A stretch of 62,768 bases of DNA from Nitrospinota bacterium (GCA_030754595.1 JASLZZ010000116.1:1-62768); one strand, 5' to 3'. Positions 8,670 to 19,454 are shown, counted from the first letter of the stretch. Numbers and translations: made by a program. The notes: generated by a model not told the origin, from the sequence alone.

Positions 8670-9698
8670 CTAGGCCTCGAAGCGCCGCGACACGGGGCGA
8701 CTTGCGCCGTTCCACCCGTGCATCACCGCGCTGATGGGTCCGGGGTTTCCGCCCGCGACGATGATCATGAGGTCTTCGGGCGCCTTGATGGTCGGGACGA
8801 AGAACGAGTCGTCGCCCAAATCGACCTCGATGGGCAGGTCCTTGATCCGGTCCTCAAGGTAGCCGCCGCCGGTTTTGAGCTCGCCGAGGGTCTTGCCCGC
8901 CTTCTCGTAGAGCCATTTATGAACGTCTGTCTTGCTCCATCCCGCGGCGGCGCAGATTTTCGCGTGGTCCGGGCTGATCGCCACCACCAGATCCGACCGC
9001 CTGAGGGCGTTCATGCACCCGAGGTAGGCCATGGCGTCCACCGGACCGGCGAGCAGGGTTTCGGGATCGCGGCTCATATCGTCGAAAACGAGTTTTGGAT
9101 TCTCGCAGGCGACGACGGTGACCGCGTTGTCCCCGGCGGCATGGCCCCTCGTCACCGAAAGCGTCTCCCAGGGGCTGTCGCCTTCGTTCTCGCGGATGCA
9201 GTAGGTATAGCGCGAGGGTTGAGAGAAAGTGCTCATCGAGGTGACGCCCGGAATCCCCGCTCCGAGGTTCATGAGCATGAGCCGGATCGCGCGGCCGATG
9301 GTGGCGTTCGCCCGAAAGCCCGGACCGAAACAGCCCGAGCCGCCGTGCAGGCCGATTTTCTTGGCATAGGGGCCGTTAAATATCATGAGCGGGGCGGCGC
9401 TGTGCATCGTCGCCTGAACGCCGTTTATGTTGAAGGGCGGCTCGAGGATGGCCTCGATTCCGGCGAGGACGGCCGTAAGATATTCAGGCCTGCAGCCAGC
9501 CATGACCGCGTGTGTCGCCACCATTCGGACGCTCGCCGGCTCGTTCGCGGGCGGCACCTCGCCGACGAACGCTTCCGGGTCGCGGGAGGTTCCGGTCAAC
9601 ATGTCCTCGATCCGCCCTTCGGTCGGAATGACGACCGGCAGACCGTCCGACCAGGGTTTGTCGAAAAAAAACTCGAATTCATCGTCAGGCAAAGTCAC
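8670..9698 (-). CDS. uncharacterised 'DGLPVVPPT' protein (UGSC-associated type), paralog 1
   Basis: WSDGLPVVIPT, HAVMAGCRPEYL, GCFGPGFRANATIGRA, IIVAGG; GTG start after GAAAGGA. Confidence 0.8.
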   Translation of the reverse strand: MTLPDDEFEFFFDKPWSDGLPVVIPTEGRIEDMLTGTSRDPEAFVGEVPPANEPASVRMVATHAVMAGCRPEYLTAVLAGIEAILEPPFNINGVQATMHSAAPLMIFNGPYAKKIGLHGGSGCFGPGFRANATIGRAIRLMLMNLGAGIPGVTSMSTFSQPSRYTYCIRENEGDSPWETLSVTRGHAAGDNAVTVVACENPKLVFDDMSRDPETLLAGPVDAMAYLGCMNALRRSDLVVAISPDHAKICAAAGWSKTDVHKWLYEKAGKTLGELKTGGGYLEDRIKDLPIEVDLGDDSFFVPTIKAPEDLMIIVAGGNPGPISAVMHGWNGASRPVSRRFEA

Positions 9699-9740
9699 AA
9701 TGATTTTCCTTTCCAGGCGGGACTCCTCCCGAATCAACCG

Positions 9741-10763
9741 CTAAACGGAATACGCCCGCGACACGGCGCGGCTACCGCCGTTCCAGCCGTGCATGACCGC
9801 GCTGTGCGGGCCGGGGGCGCCGCCGGCAACGATAATGTGCGAATCGGTCGGATCCTTGATCAGGGGCACAAAATAATCGTCGTTTTCGAGATCAACCGCA
9901 AACGGGAGATTCTTCATCCACTCCTCGCGCCACTGGCCCGCCCGCTTGAGGTCGCCGAGCCTTCGGCCCGCGAGCGTGCACAGGCGGCCGCGCACCTCTT
10001 CGCGAGAGAGATCGGAGCAGATGGCCGCCTGCTGGGGCGAGAGGGCGAGGACGAGATCCGAGCGCACCCACTGGTTCCAGCAGCCGAGATGCGACATCGT
10101 GTCGGCGATGCTGAAGAAAAGCTGCTCGGGGCCGCGGGCGTAGTTGTCCACCACGAGATGGGGGTTTTCGCAGGCGACCGCCGTCACGACATTTTCGCCG
10201 GACGCGTAGCCCCGGCTGGCCGAAAACGCCTCCCAGGGGCTCTCGGCCTCGTTCTCGGCGATGCAGAATGTGTACTTTGACGGCTGGCCGAAGGTGCTCA
10301 TCGAAACCACGCCGGGGATCCCCCCGCCCAGGTTCAGGAGCATGAGCCTTATCGCCCGGCCTATCGTCGCGTTCGCCCGGAAACCGGGGCCGAAGCACCC
10401 CCGCCCGCCATACAGGCCTATCCGCCGGGCATGGGGGCCGTTGACGATGAGCAGCGGCGCCGAGCTGTTCATCGAGCCCTGGAGGCCGTTGATCCCGAAT
10501 CGCTCGTCCAGGATAGCTTCCATCCCCGCCAGTACGACGGGAAGATACTCGGGCAGGCAACCGGCCATCACGGCATGCGCCGCGATACTGTGGACGTTCG
10601 CCGCCGCGAAGGCGGGGGGTATCTCGCCCACCGGCTCGTCCTGCCCGCGCGAGGTTCCCTCGAGCATCCGGGCGATGCGCTCCTCGGTCGGCGGCACGAC
10701 CGGCAGACCGTCCGACCAGGATTTGTCGAAAAAAAACTCGAATTCATCGTCAGGCAAGGTCAC
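9741..10763 (-). CDS. uncharacterised 'DGLPVVPPT' protein, paralog 2
   Basis: Same motifs; the leader and first codons are nearly identical to paralog 1. Confidence 0.8.
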   Translation of the reverse strand: MTLPDDEFEFFFDKSWSDGLPVVPPTEERIARMLEGTSRGQDEPVGEIPPAFAAANVHSIAAHAVMAGCLPEYLPVVLAGMEAILDERFGINGLQGSMNSSAPLLIVNGPHARRIGLYGGRGCFGPGFRANATIGRAIRLMLLNLGGGIPGVVSMSTFGQPSKYTFCIAENEAESPWEAFSASRGYASGENVVTAVACENPHLVVDNYARGPEQLFFSIADTMSHLGCWNQWVRSDLVLALSPQQAAICSDLSREEVRGRLCTLAGRRLGDLKRAGQWREEWMKNLPFAVDLENDDYFVPLIKDPTDSHIIVAGGAPGPHSAVMHGWNGGSRAVSRAYSV

Positions 10764-10804
10764 AGCGATTTTCCTTTCCGGGCAGGACTCCCGCCGAAGC
10801 CGCC

Positions 10805-11833
10805 CTAGACGGAATACGCCCGCGACACGGCACGGCTACCCCCGCTCCAACCATGCATCACCGCCGTCTCGGGGCCGGGGACCCCGCCCGCGACGATGAT
10901 CTTCAAATCCCCGGGGTCTTTCACGGTAGGAACGAAAAAATCATCGTCGTCCAGATCGACGGGTATCGGCAGAGAGCGCATCCGCTCCTCCCGGAAGTTG
11001 CCGCCCCGCCGAAGATCTCCCACCCGCCGGCCCGCCATCTCGAGGAGGCGGCCGTGAACGTCTTCTTTCGAAAGGCCGTCCGCGGCGCAAATTTCCGCGT
11101 GCTGCGGGGCGAGGGCGACGACGAGGTCCGAGCGCGTCCAGTTGTTCCAGCTGCCCAGGTGGGCCATGGCGTCTGCGACCGCGATCAGATAACGGCTGGC
11201 GGTGCGGCTCGTGTCGTCGAAGACAAGCTGGGGGTTTTCGACGGCTACCAGGGTTACGGCATCCTCCCCCGGACGATGGCCCAGGCTCTCCGAAAGCGGG
11301 GGCCAGGAGCTTTCCTCTTCGTTCTCGCGGATGCAAAAGGTGTAGCGCGAAGGCTGGGAAAAGGTGCTCATCGAAGTGACTCCGGGGACCCCCGCCCCGA
11401 GATTCAGGAGGATGAGCCGGATCGCACGGCCGATGGTGGCGTTCGCACGGAAGCCGGGACCAAAACAACCGAGGCCCCCGTTGATGCCGATTTTTTCGGC
11501 ATAGGGGCCGTTCACGATCATCAGCGGCGCGACGGCGTGCATGGTGGCCTGAATGCCGTTGATGTTGAATGGCCCCTCGAGCATCGCCCCGGCGCCCGCC
11601 AGGACGACGGGAAGATACTCGGGTAGGCAACCGGCCATCACGGCATGAACCGCGATATCGCGGACGCTCGCCGCCTCCAGGGCGGGGGGTATCTCGCCCA
11701 CCGGCTCGTCCGGCCCGCGCGAGGTTCCCGCGAGCATCCGGGCGATGCGCTCCTCGGTCGGCGGCACGACCGGCAGGCCGTCCGACCAGGGCTTATCGAA
11801 GAAAAATTCGAACTCGTCCGATGGATCGATCAA
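10805..11833 (-). CDS. uncharacterised 'DGLPVVPPT' protein, paralog 3
   Basis: Same motifs; TTG start at 11833 follows the RBS GGAGGTG. Confidence 0.8.
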   Translation of the reverse strand: MIDPSDEFEFFFDKPWSDGLPVVPPTEERIARMLAGTSRGPDEPVGEIPPALEAASVRDIAVHAVMAGCLPEYLPVVLAGAGAMLEGPFNINGIQATMHAVAPLMIVNGPYAEKIGINGGLGCFGPGFRANATIGRAIRLILLNLGAGVPGVTSMSTFSQPSRYTFCIRENEEESSWPPLSESLGHRPGEDAVTLVAVENPQLVFDDTSRTASRYLIAVADAMAHLGSWNNWTRSDLVVALAPQHAEICAADGLSKEDVHGRLLEMAGRRVGDLRRGGNFREERMRSLPIPVDLDDDDFFVPTVKDPGDLKIIVAGGVPGPETAVMHGWSGGSRAVSRAYSV

Positions 11834-12100
11834 CCGACACCTCCAATTCTCGGCTGAGATAGTCCACGGCTGAGGGATGAGATGGGCCGCATCGAACACT
11901 CCTCCAAAAACGCGCGGGGGCGCTTGGTTTTTTTACGGGTGACCTTTTCTTCAGAGCCAGCAATTTACCGCCCGGAAACGTAAAGCACCAGCCTCGATTT
12001 TTTTCGCGGAGGGCGTTCGTGTGGCAAAATTGCGCACGAATCAAAATAAATTCCCGGCTATCCCTCAACCATCCCCCGGCTAAACCAAGGAGCTTGATAC

Positions 12101-12487
12101 ATGCCCATTTATCCGAATTTTGGGAGCCATCCGGAGGAGGGAATCTCCTATACGGGCGCCTCCGCCTCCTGGCAGCATGGCCGGAACCTGAGCGTCGGTC
12201 TGCTGCGAGTGGAGGGCGGCGCCTTCCCCACCCCTTACTACCATAACGACGAGCAGTTTATTTATATGCTGAAGGGGCGCATTCACATCGCCAGCGGCGG
12301 CGAAATCAGCGACGCCTCCCCCGGCGATCTCGTCCACTTCCTGCCCGGCGACAACAACGAAGTCGCCGCGCTGGGCGTAGAGGTCGCGGAATTTCTCCTG
12401 AGCCGGGGCCCGGCGCGCGAAAACCCGAACGATGACGTTTTCACGCCCGAGGGCGAGGCGGCGAATAGCCTGCTCCGGGAGGAGTAG
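12101..12487 (+). CDS. cupin-domain protein with degenerate metal site
   Basis: PYYHNDEQFIYMLKG and PGDLVHFLPG cupin motifs; RBS AAGGAG. Confidence 0.7.
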   Translation: MPIYPNFGSHPEEGISYTGASASWQHGRNLSVGLLRVEGGAFPTPYYHNDEQFIYMLKGRIHIASGGEISDASPGDLVHFLPGDNNEVAALGVEVAEFLLSRGPARENPNDDVFTPEGEAANSLLREE

Positions 12488-12595
12488 AAAAATCCGTTTC
12501 CGGGGAAACAAAATGTCCCAAACCGGTGTTCTCCATGATAGACAAGCATGTCTCCGGACATTTCGGCCATTTTTCATCTTAAGGGAGGTGTTTCC

Positions 12596-13489
12596 ATGAA
12601 GCGCATCGTCGCCGCAGCCGCGCTCGCGGCCCTGCTAGCTCTGCCGGTAGCGGCCCTGGCCGCAAGGGATTTCTCGAAGGTCAAGATCAAGCCCGTCCAC
12701 GTCGGAGGGAGCGTTCACATGCTCACCGGGTCGGGCGGCAACATCGGCGTCTCTGTGGGCCCGGACGGCCTGCTGATGATCGACGATCAGTTCGCCCCGC
12801 TGGCCGAACGGATGCAGGCCGCCCTCAAGAATTTCGACAAAGGGGGCCTCAAGTTCATCCTGAACACCCACTGGCACGGGGGCCACACCGGAGGCAACCA
12901 CACCTTCAGCCGGCTGGCTCCGATCATCTCGCACACCAATGTGCGAAAGCGCCTCACCCAGACCATCAAACGCGGCAAGCGCGTCTTCAAGCCCCGGCCC
13001 AAGGAAGCGCTCCCGGTCGTCACCTTTGACGATTCGCTCTCGATTCACTTCAACGGCGAGGAGATCAGGGTCATCCATTACCCCTCCGGCCACACCGACG
13101 GGGACAGCGTGATCTTCTTCACGAAATCGAACGTCGTCCACATGGGCGATCACATGTTCTCGGGGAGATTTCCCTTCATCGACCTGTCCACCGCAGGAAA
13201 CGTCGAAGGTTATACCCGAAACGTCGCGGCGATCATGAAAAAGATTCCGGCGGGCGCCAAGATTATCCCCGGCCACGGCCCGCTGTCGGGGCTGAAGGAG
13301 CTCCGCGCGTTTCACAGCATGCTGACCGCGACAACAGAGATCGTCCGCAAGCAGATCCGGGCGGACAAATCCCTCGCCGAGGTCAAGGCGAAGGGGCTCC
13401 CTGCGAAGTGGAAGGGCTGGGCCTGGCGGTTCATCAACAAAGGCCGCTGGCTCACGATTGTCTACACGAGCCTGTCCAAGAAAAAATAA
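12596..13489 (+). CDS. secreted MBL-fold metallo-hydrolase (cyclase-like)
   Basis: Signal peptide, GGNIGVS, IDDQFAPL, NTHWHGGHTGGN, GHTDGD, HMGD, IIPGHG; RBS GGGAGG. Confidence 0.9.
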   Translation: MKRIVAAAALAALLALPVAALAARDFSKVKIKPVHVGGSVHMLTGSGGNIGVSVGPDGLLMIDDQFAPLAERMQAALKNFDKGGLKFILNTHWHGGHTGGNHTFSRLAPIISHTNVRKRLTQTIKRGKRVFKPRPKEALPVVTFDDSLSIHFNGEEIRVIHYPSGHTDGDSVIFFTKSNVVHMGDHMFSGRFPFIDLSTAGNVEGYTRNVAAIMKKIPAGAKIIPGHGPLSGLKELRAFHSMLTATTEIVRKQIRADKSLAEVKAKGLPAKWKGWAWRFINKGRWLTIVYTSLSKKK

Positions 13490-13502
13490 GCCGGGCGCAA
13501 TT

Positions 13503-13545
13503 CAAAAAAAAGAGGCGACCCTTCGGGGATCGCCCCTTTTTTTTG
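13503..13545. terminator. bidirectional intrinsic terminator
   Basis: A8, GAGGCGACCC-TTCG-GGGATCGCCCC, T8, between convergent genes. Confidence 0.8.
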
Positions 13546-13555
13546 CGCGTGCGTG

Positions 13556-14026
13556 CTATTCGTTGATGTGCCAATCGTCTGTCATCTTGCAGCCGCTCGC
13601 TCTAAAAAGGTTATAGGCCGGGCAGCGCTTCATGTAGTCCGCGTTGAGCGCCTCAACCTGTCCGGGAGTGGCGTCGATCTTCATCCATACGTCGGTCTCC
13701 GCCTCGCTCGGATTGGATTGATAGCCCTCCTGGCCCCCGACGCCGCGCGGGCTATAGACGATTGTGGATTTCACCTTCATCGACTCGATTTCGAGCTTGG
13801 CGTCCTTGGCGCACCGCTCGACGATCACCGCCGTGCACCCGGCGAGCGAAGTCACCAGATCGCCCAGGGGCGAGGGGCCTTTGTCCGAGCCCCCGAGCCT
13901 CTTGGGCTCGTCCACGATCATGGTGTGGCCGCCCTTGACGGTCACGACGCTTTTGGCGTGGCCCTTGAAATCCGCCTCCTCCCAGTTTTCCGTCGTCTCG
14001 GGCACTTCCTTTGCTCTGATTGCCAT
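13556..14026 (-). CDS. OsmC/Ohr family protein
   Basis: DEPKRLGGSDKGPSP, SLAGC and RCPAY (two conserved Cys); RBS AGGAG. Confidence 0.9.
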   Translation of the reverse strand: MAIRAKEVPETTENWEEADFKGHAKSVVTVKGGHTMIVDEPKRLGGSDKGPSPLGDLVTSLAGCTAVIVERCAKDAKLEIESMKVKSTIVYSPRGVGGQEGYQSNPSEAETDVWMKIDATPGQVEALNADYMKRCPAYNLFRASGCKMTDDWHINE

Positions 14027-14044
14027 GGGTGTCTCCTGTAAGCC

Positions 14045-15247
14045 CTAGAGTTCCGTGCCTTCTCTTAAAATCGCCAAATAGGGTTCATATGCAAAACGAA
14101 TGTTTCTCCTGAGTCCCGGTCTTCTGACTAAAAGATTCTCTTTTTCAAATTCCTTGCACAATGTCATGGCTGTCGGATAAGACACTCCCAGAACTCCTGA
14201 AACGTGATTTGCCGTTACTATCGGACTCTCAAACAACAAACCCAACAAAGAATTGGAATTTTTTCCTTTTAATTTTCCTGAGGAAGCAATTTTTCTGTGC
14301 GCTTCACGCATATCAAGAATCGTATGCGCGGTTTCCACCGCCTGCTCGGCCGTCTGGATCACGCCGTTTAGAAAAAACCGCACCCACCCTTCCCAGTCTC
14401 CCCTTTCTCTGGTTGCCATTAGCATATCGTAATACTCGTTCTGGTTTCTCTTGAAGTAATAACTAAGATACAACAGCGGACGCGCCAAAATATTCTCAAC
14501 GCCCAACATGAAGGTAATCAACAAACGGCCAATACGTCCGTTTCCGTCCAGAAAAGGATGGACTGTCTCGAATTGCGCGTGCGCCAACGCGCATCTGATC
14601 AGCGGCGGGTCTTTTTTGTTTTCGCAAAGATATTTCTCGAATTCATGGAGCGCGTTTTTCATTTCATGAACTGGCGGCGGGACATACGAGGCGGTGGCCG
14701 GCGTGGACCCGGAAGGACCAACCCAATTCTGGATTGTCCGAAATTCACCGGGGTCTTTTTCCGATCCCCGAACGCCCTCAAGGAGAATTTTGTGTATTTC
14801 ACGTATCAACCTTAGCGAAAGCGGGAAGGTGTCGATTCTCTCGAACCCATGCTCAAGAGCAAGGACATAATTTATAACCTCCCTTGTGTCGACTCTGCGC
14901 TCTCGGTTTTTTTCGTCAATTTCATATTCAAGCACATCCACCAGAGACGCCTGCGTCCCTTCGATCTGGGAGCTTAACAACGCTTCTTTCCAGACATAGG
15001 CCATCACAAACCCATCCGGGTCAGGCAGTACCGAACCCACGCCATCGAGGCGCGCTAGGGCCCTATCGGCCGACGAAAGCAGTAGCTGCAACTCGCCCTC
15101 CAGCCGAAGGGGGGGATCGAGGGGAAGCGGAGAGGGAATGAACGCGCGGTATCCCGTGGTTTGGCGAACGTATCTCCCGCCCCTGGCCTCCGTACCCACG
15201 CTACCTTGTGCCATGTCAGCCAAACTCCCAAATTTGGGATAAAGCAC
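14045..15247 (-). CDS. Fic family protein (Fic_N + Fic + C-terminal HTH); start could be 15214
   Basis: HPFLDGNGRIGR catalytic motif; SSQIEG inhibitory-helix motif; lower GC than the flanks. Confidence 0.93.
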   Translation of the reverse strand: MLYPKFGSLADMAQGSVGTEARGGRYVRQTTGYRAFIPSPLPLDPPLRLEGELQLLLSSADRALARLDGVGSVLPDPDGFVMAYVWKEALLSSQIEGTQASLVDVLEYEIDEKNRERRVDTREVINYVLALEHGFERIDTFPLSLRLIREIHKILLEGVRGSEKDPGEFRTIQNWVGPSGSTPATASYVPPPVHEMKNALHEFEKYLCENKKDPPLIRCALAHAQFETVHPFLDGNGRIGRLLITFMLGVENILARPLLYLSYYFKRNQNEYYDMLMATRERGDWEGWVRFFLNGVIQTAEQAVETAHTILDMREAHRKIASSGKLKGKNSNSLLGLLFESPIVTANHVSGVLGVSYPTAMTLCKEFEKENLLVRRPGLRRNIRFAYEPYLAILREGTEL

Positions 15248-15547
15248 CCACCCAATGCGGGCGCTAAAGAAAGATTTCTTTCACTAATGAGAATATGCCA
15301 TTCCTTATGAAAAAAAAAGGGCAATTTTTTTCATAAGGAAAAAGATAAAAAAGAAAACTTTCATAAAAGCCAGGAGGCATTTAAGCACAAACCATTTAAA
15401 AACAATCGTATACTGACATCCCCCCACATATTTGGGTTTAAACCCAATCACCCCCTACATGTGGGGGGGGGTAATTTGTCACGTGGGGGCTAATACCTAG
15501 GCGTTATTCAAACTGACGGGTTCGGGTCAACTGGAATCGATGATTCC

Positions 15548-18500
15548 CTACGCCACGACCCGGCCTGGCCCGTAATCGCCGGGCGCGTAGTTGAGGTGGG
15601 TGGCGAGCCAGCGCTCGGCCTCCTCGAGGGGGATGCCCTTGCGTCGGGCGTAGTCTTCGGCCTGATCGCGCTCGATTCGCCCGACGGCGAAGTAGCGGCT
15701 GTCGGGGTGGGCGAGGTAAAACCCCGAGACCGAGGCGGCGGGAAACATCGCACAGCTCTCGGTCAGCGAGATTCCTGTGCGCGCCTCGGCGCCCAGCAAA
15801 TCGAAAATAAGCCGCTTTTCGGTATGATCCGGGCAGGCGGGATAACCCGGCGCCGGGCGAACCCCTCTGTAGCGCTCCCTGATCAGGTCCTCGTCCGTCA
15901 GGCTCTCGTCAGCCGCGAAGCCCCAGTATTCTTTCCGCACCCGCTCGTGGAGCCATTCCGCGAAGGCCTCGGCCAGCCGGTCGGCCAGGGCCTTGACCAT
16001 GATGCTTTGGTAGTCGTCGTTCTCGCGTGTAAATCTTTCGGCGAGCGCGGCTGTTCCCAGGCCGGCGGTCACCGCGAAAAGGCCCATGTAGTCGCTCACG
16101 CCGCTGTCCGCCGGGGCGATGAAGTCGGCGAGGCAAAGGTTTGGGTTCCCGGCGCGTTTTTGGGCCTGCTGGCGGAGCATGTGAAACCGCGTAACGGGAT
16201 CCCCGGAGGCGCCCTCCGCACGAACCTCGATGTCGTCGGACCCGGCCCGGCAGGCGGGAAAAAGGCCGAGGACGCCATTGGCGGTAATGAGATTGTCGCG
16301 AACGATCTCGTCGAGGAGGATATTCGCGTCCTCGAAAAGGCTCTTGGCTTCCTTTCCCGAGGTGGGCGAGTTGAGAATGTCGGGATATTTTCCCTTGAGC
16401 TCCCAGGCAAGAAAGAACGGGGACCAGTCGATGTAGGGCCTCAGCGTCTCGATCGGGACGGCCTCAAGGACGGTGACGCCCAATTTCGCCGGTGCGGGAG
16501 CTTCATAGCCGCTCCAGTCTAAATCCAGCGCGTTCGCCCGCGCCGCCCCGAGGGCGAGATAATCAGCCGCCCGTGAGCGGTCCTCGAACTGCTCGCGGAT
16601 CTCAGCGTACTCTTCACTCACGCCGGAAAGATAATCCGCCCGCCGTTCGCCGTTCACCAGCGCTCCCACGGCCGGAACGCTTTTCGAGGCGTCGGCGACG
16701 TGAACCACTCCGGCGGAATAGTTGGGCGTGATCTTGACGGCGGTGTGTTTTCTCGAGGTCGTCGCCCCGCCAATCAGCAGCGGTATCTTGAGGCCGCGAC
16801 GCTCCATCTCCTTGGCGACATGGGTCATTTCCTCGAGCGAGGGGGTGATCAGGCCGCTGAGGCCGATGACGTCGGCCTCCTCCTCGACGGCGGTGTCGAG
16901 TATCTTCTGGGCCGGAACCATGACGCCCAAATCGACGATTTCGAAATTGTTGCAGCCGAGGACGACGGCGACGATGCTCTTGCCGATGTCGTGGACATCT
17001 CCCTTGACGGTCGCCATGACCACCTTGCCGGGCTTGCGGGCCGTCTTCGCCAGTGCCTTTTCCTCCTCCAGGAATGGAACAAGATAGGCGACCGCCTTTT
17101 TCATCACACGGGCGCTCTTGACCACCTGGGGCAGAAACATCTTCCCCTCTCCAAAAAGGTCACCGACGAAGTCCATGCCTTCCATGAGTGGACCCTCGAT
17201 GACCTTGATCGGACTGCCGAGGCTTTGCCTCGCTTCCTCGGTGTCCTCGTCGATGAATTCGACGATTCCGCGCAGGAGGGCGTGCTTGAGACGCTCCTCG
17301 GCCGGAGCCTCCCGCCAGGCGAGCTGTTCTTTCCCGGATTTTTTCCCGCTTCCCTTGAGCCGCTCGGCGGCGTCGATCAGCCGGTCGGTCGCGTCCGGAC
17401 GGCGGTTCAACAAAACGTCCTCCACGAGTTCTAAAAGCTCGCGGGGAATTTCCTCGTAGACCTCGAGTTGGCCGGCGTTCACGATGCCCATGTCGAGGCC
17501 GGCGCGGACGGCGTGATAAAGAAACGCCGAGTGCATCGCCTTCCGGACGGCGCCATTTCCCCTGAAAGAGAACGAGACGTTGCTCACCCCGCCGCTGACC
17601 CTCGCCAGCGGGAGATTTTTCTTAATCCACTCCACCGCCCGGAAGAACGCGACGGCGTAGCCGTTGTGCTCCTCGATGCCGGTCGCCACGGTCAGAACGT
17701 TCGGATCGAAAATAATGTCTCCGGCCGGGAAGCCGACCTCCTCGGTGAGGATCCGGTAGGCGCGGGCGCATATCTCCGTTTTCCGCTCGAACGTGTCCGC
17801 CTGCCCTTCTTCGTCGAAAGCCATGACGACAACCGCCGCGCCGTAGCGGAGAATCTCCCGCGCATGCTCCCTGAAAACGTCCTCTCCTTCCTTGAGGCTG
17901 ATGGAGTTGACGATCCCCTTTCCCTGCAGGCACTTCAGCCCGGCCTCGATCACCGGCCATTTCGATGAATCGATCATGAAGGGCAGGCGCACGATATCCG
18001 GCTCGGCGGCCATGAGGTTGACGAACTTCGTCATCATCTCCTCGGAATCGAGCATTCCCTCGTCGAGGTTGATGTCGAGCGCCTGGGCGCCGCCCTCGAC
18101 CTGGTTGCGCGCCACCTCGAGGGCCTTTTCCAGATCTCCGGCGAGGATGAGCTTCGCGAACCGGCGCGAACCGGCTACGTTCGTCCGCTCGCCGATGTTC
18201 ATGAAATTCGACTCGGGGGTGAGGATTGCCGGCTCGAGACCGCTGAGCTGGAGGTGGTTCGTCCTCTCGGGCGGCTTTCTGGGCGTGACGCTCTCGACCG
18301 CCTCCGCCACCAGGCGAATATGCTCCGGCGTCGTGCCGCAGCAGCCGCCGACCACGTTGAGAAAACCGCTTCGGGCGAAATTGCCGATCAGGCGGAGAAA
18401 CTCCGCCGGCGTCTCGTCGTATTCGCCGAATTCGTTGGGAAGGCCCGCGTTGGGATGGGCGCTCACCGGAACGGGAGCGACGTTCGACAACTCTTCTATA

Positions 18501-19267
18501 AACGGGCGCATCTGTTTCGCCCCGAGAGCGCAATTGAGGCCGACGCTGAGTAGATTCGGGGTGTGGGCGACCGATATCCAGAAGGCGTGAGGGGTCTGCC
18601 CCGACAGGGTGCGGCCGCTCTGATCGGGGAGCGTTCCCGATATCATGATCGGAAGCCGTCGGTCGGCCTTCTCCGCCAGCGCTTCGATGGCATAGATTGC
18701 CGCCCGGCCGTTGAGCGTATCGAAAACGGTTTCGATGAGGAGGATGTCCGCCCCGCCGTCGATGAGCCCACGAATCTGCTCGGTATAGACGGCGGCGATC
18801 TCATCGAAGGTCACCGCCCGGTGGCCGGGGTTTCCCACGTCGGGCGAAATCGAGAGCGCGCGGTTCGTCGGCCCGATGGAGCCCGCGACGAACCTGGGTT
18901 TGTCCGGGTTTGTCCGGGTAAATTCCGCGCAGAGCCGCTTGGCGATTTTCGCGGCCTCGAAGTTGAGCTCATACACGAGGCCCTCCAGGGAATAGTCGGC
19001 CTGAGAGATGGCGTTCGAGTTGAAAGTGTTGGTCTCAACGATATCGCACCCAACCTCGAGAAAGGAGTGGTGAATCTCCCCGATAATTTTCGGCTGGGTG
19101 AGGGTAAGGAGATCGTTGTTTCCCTTCAGATCGCACGGGTGATCCCCGAACCGATCCCCGCGAAAATCCGCCTCTTCGAGATCGTAGCTTTGAATCATGG
19201 TGCCCGAGGCGCCGTCCAGCACCATGATTCTCTCTTTCAGAATCGATCTGAGCTCTTCAATCGGCAT
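15548..19267 (-). CDS. metH: cobalamin-dependent methionine synthase
   Basis: LDGASGT, GLNCALG, GGCCGT, IGERTNV, DVHDIG B12 motif, [12 protein letters not shown]. Confidence 0.98.
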   Translation of the reverse strand: MPIEELRSILKERIMVLDGASGTMIQSYDLEEADFRGDRFGDHPCDLKGNNDLLTLTQPKIIGEIHHSFLEVGCDIVETNTFNSNAISQADYSLEGLVYELNFEAAKIAKRLCAEFTRTNPDKPRFVAGSIGPTNRALSISPDVGNPGHRAVTFDEIAAVYTEQIRGLIDGGADILLIETVFDTLNGRAAIYAIEALAEKADRRLPIMISGTLPDQSGRTLSGQTPHAFWISVAHTPNLLSVGLNCALGAKQMRPFIEELSNVAPVPVSAHPNAGLPNEFGEYDETPAEFLRLIGNFARSGFLNVVGGCCGTTPEHIRLVAEAVESVTPRKPPERTNHLQLSGLEPAILTPESNFMNIGERTNVAGSRRFAKLILAGDLEKALEVARNQVEGGAQALDINLDEGMLDSEEMMTKFVNLMAAEPDIVRLPFMIDSSKWPVIEAGLKCLQGKGIVNSISLKEGEDVFREHAREILRYGAAVVVMAFDEEGQADTFERKTEICARAYRILTEEVGFPAGDIIFDPNVLTVATGIEEHNGYAVAFFRAVEWIKKNLPLARVSGGVSNVSFSFRGNGAVRKAMHSAFLYHAVRAGLDMGIVNAGQLEVYEEIPRELLELVEDVLLNRRPDATDRLIDAAERLKGSGKKSGKEQLAWREAPAEERLKHALLRGIVEFIDEDTEEARQSLGSPIKVIEGPLMEGMDFVGDLFGEGKMFLPQVVKSARVMKKAVAYLVPFLEEEKALAKTARKPGKVVMATVKGDVHDIGKSIVAVVLGCNNFEIVDLGVMVPAQKILDTAVEEEADVIGLSGLITPSLEEMTHVAKEMERRGLKIPLLIGGATTSRKHTAVKITPNYSAGVVHVADASKSVPAVGALVNGERRADYLSGVSEEYAEIREQFEDRSRAADYLALGAARANALDLDWSGYEAPAPAKLGVTVLEAVPIETLRPYIDWSPFFLAWELKGKYPDILNSPTSGKEAKSLFEDANILLDEIVRDNLITANGVLGLFPACRAGSDDIEVRAEGASGDPVTRFHMLRQQAQKRAGNPNLCLADFIAPADSGVSDYMGLFAVTAGLGTAALAERFTRENDDYQSIMVKALADRLAEAFAEWLHERVRKEYWGFAADESLTDEDLIRERYRGVRPAPGYPACPDHTEKRLIFDLLGAEARTGISLTESCAMFPAASVSGFYLAHPDSRYFAVGRIERDQAEDYARRKGIPLEEAERWLATHLNYAPGDYGPGRVVA

Positions 19268-19454
19268 CTTGTGGGGTTTCCGGTTTCCCGTGCCCGCCAA
19301 ATTTTTCGAAGCGGGCTCCGGTCGATGGACTCAAAACGGCTGAACTTTCCCACACAGCAGGAACGGGCACAACCCGGCTATTTCGGACAATTTTCCCGGA
19401 TAGGTGAGACGGATGGAGCGGCGCCACGGTGGCGCCCAGTGGAGGGGAACAAAA

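Noticed and set aside
8553..10280. 575-aa plus-strand ORF and similar long overlapping ORFs (835..2259, 6207..7757, 52398..53846, 54845..56323)
   Set aside because: Antisense or alternate-frame shadows of well-supported genes in GC-rich DNA, with no recognisable motifs.
19268..19454. SAM or cobalamin riboswitch upstream of metH
   Set aside because: I could not find the conserved SAM-I or B12-box motifs; only generic GC hairpins. A covariance-model search would settle it.
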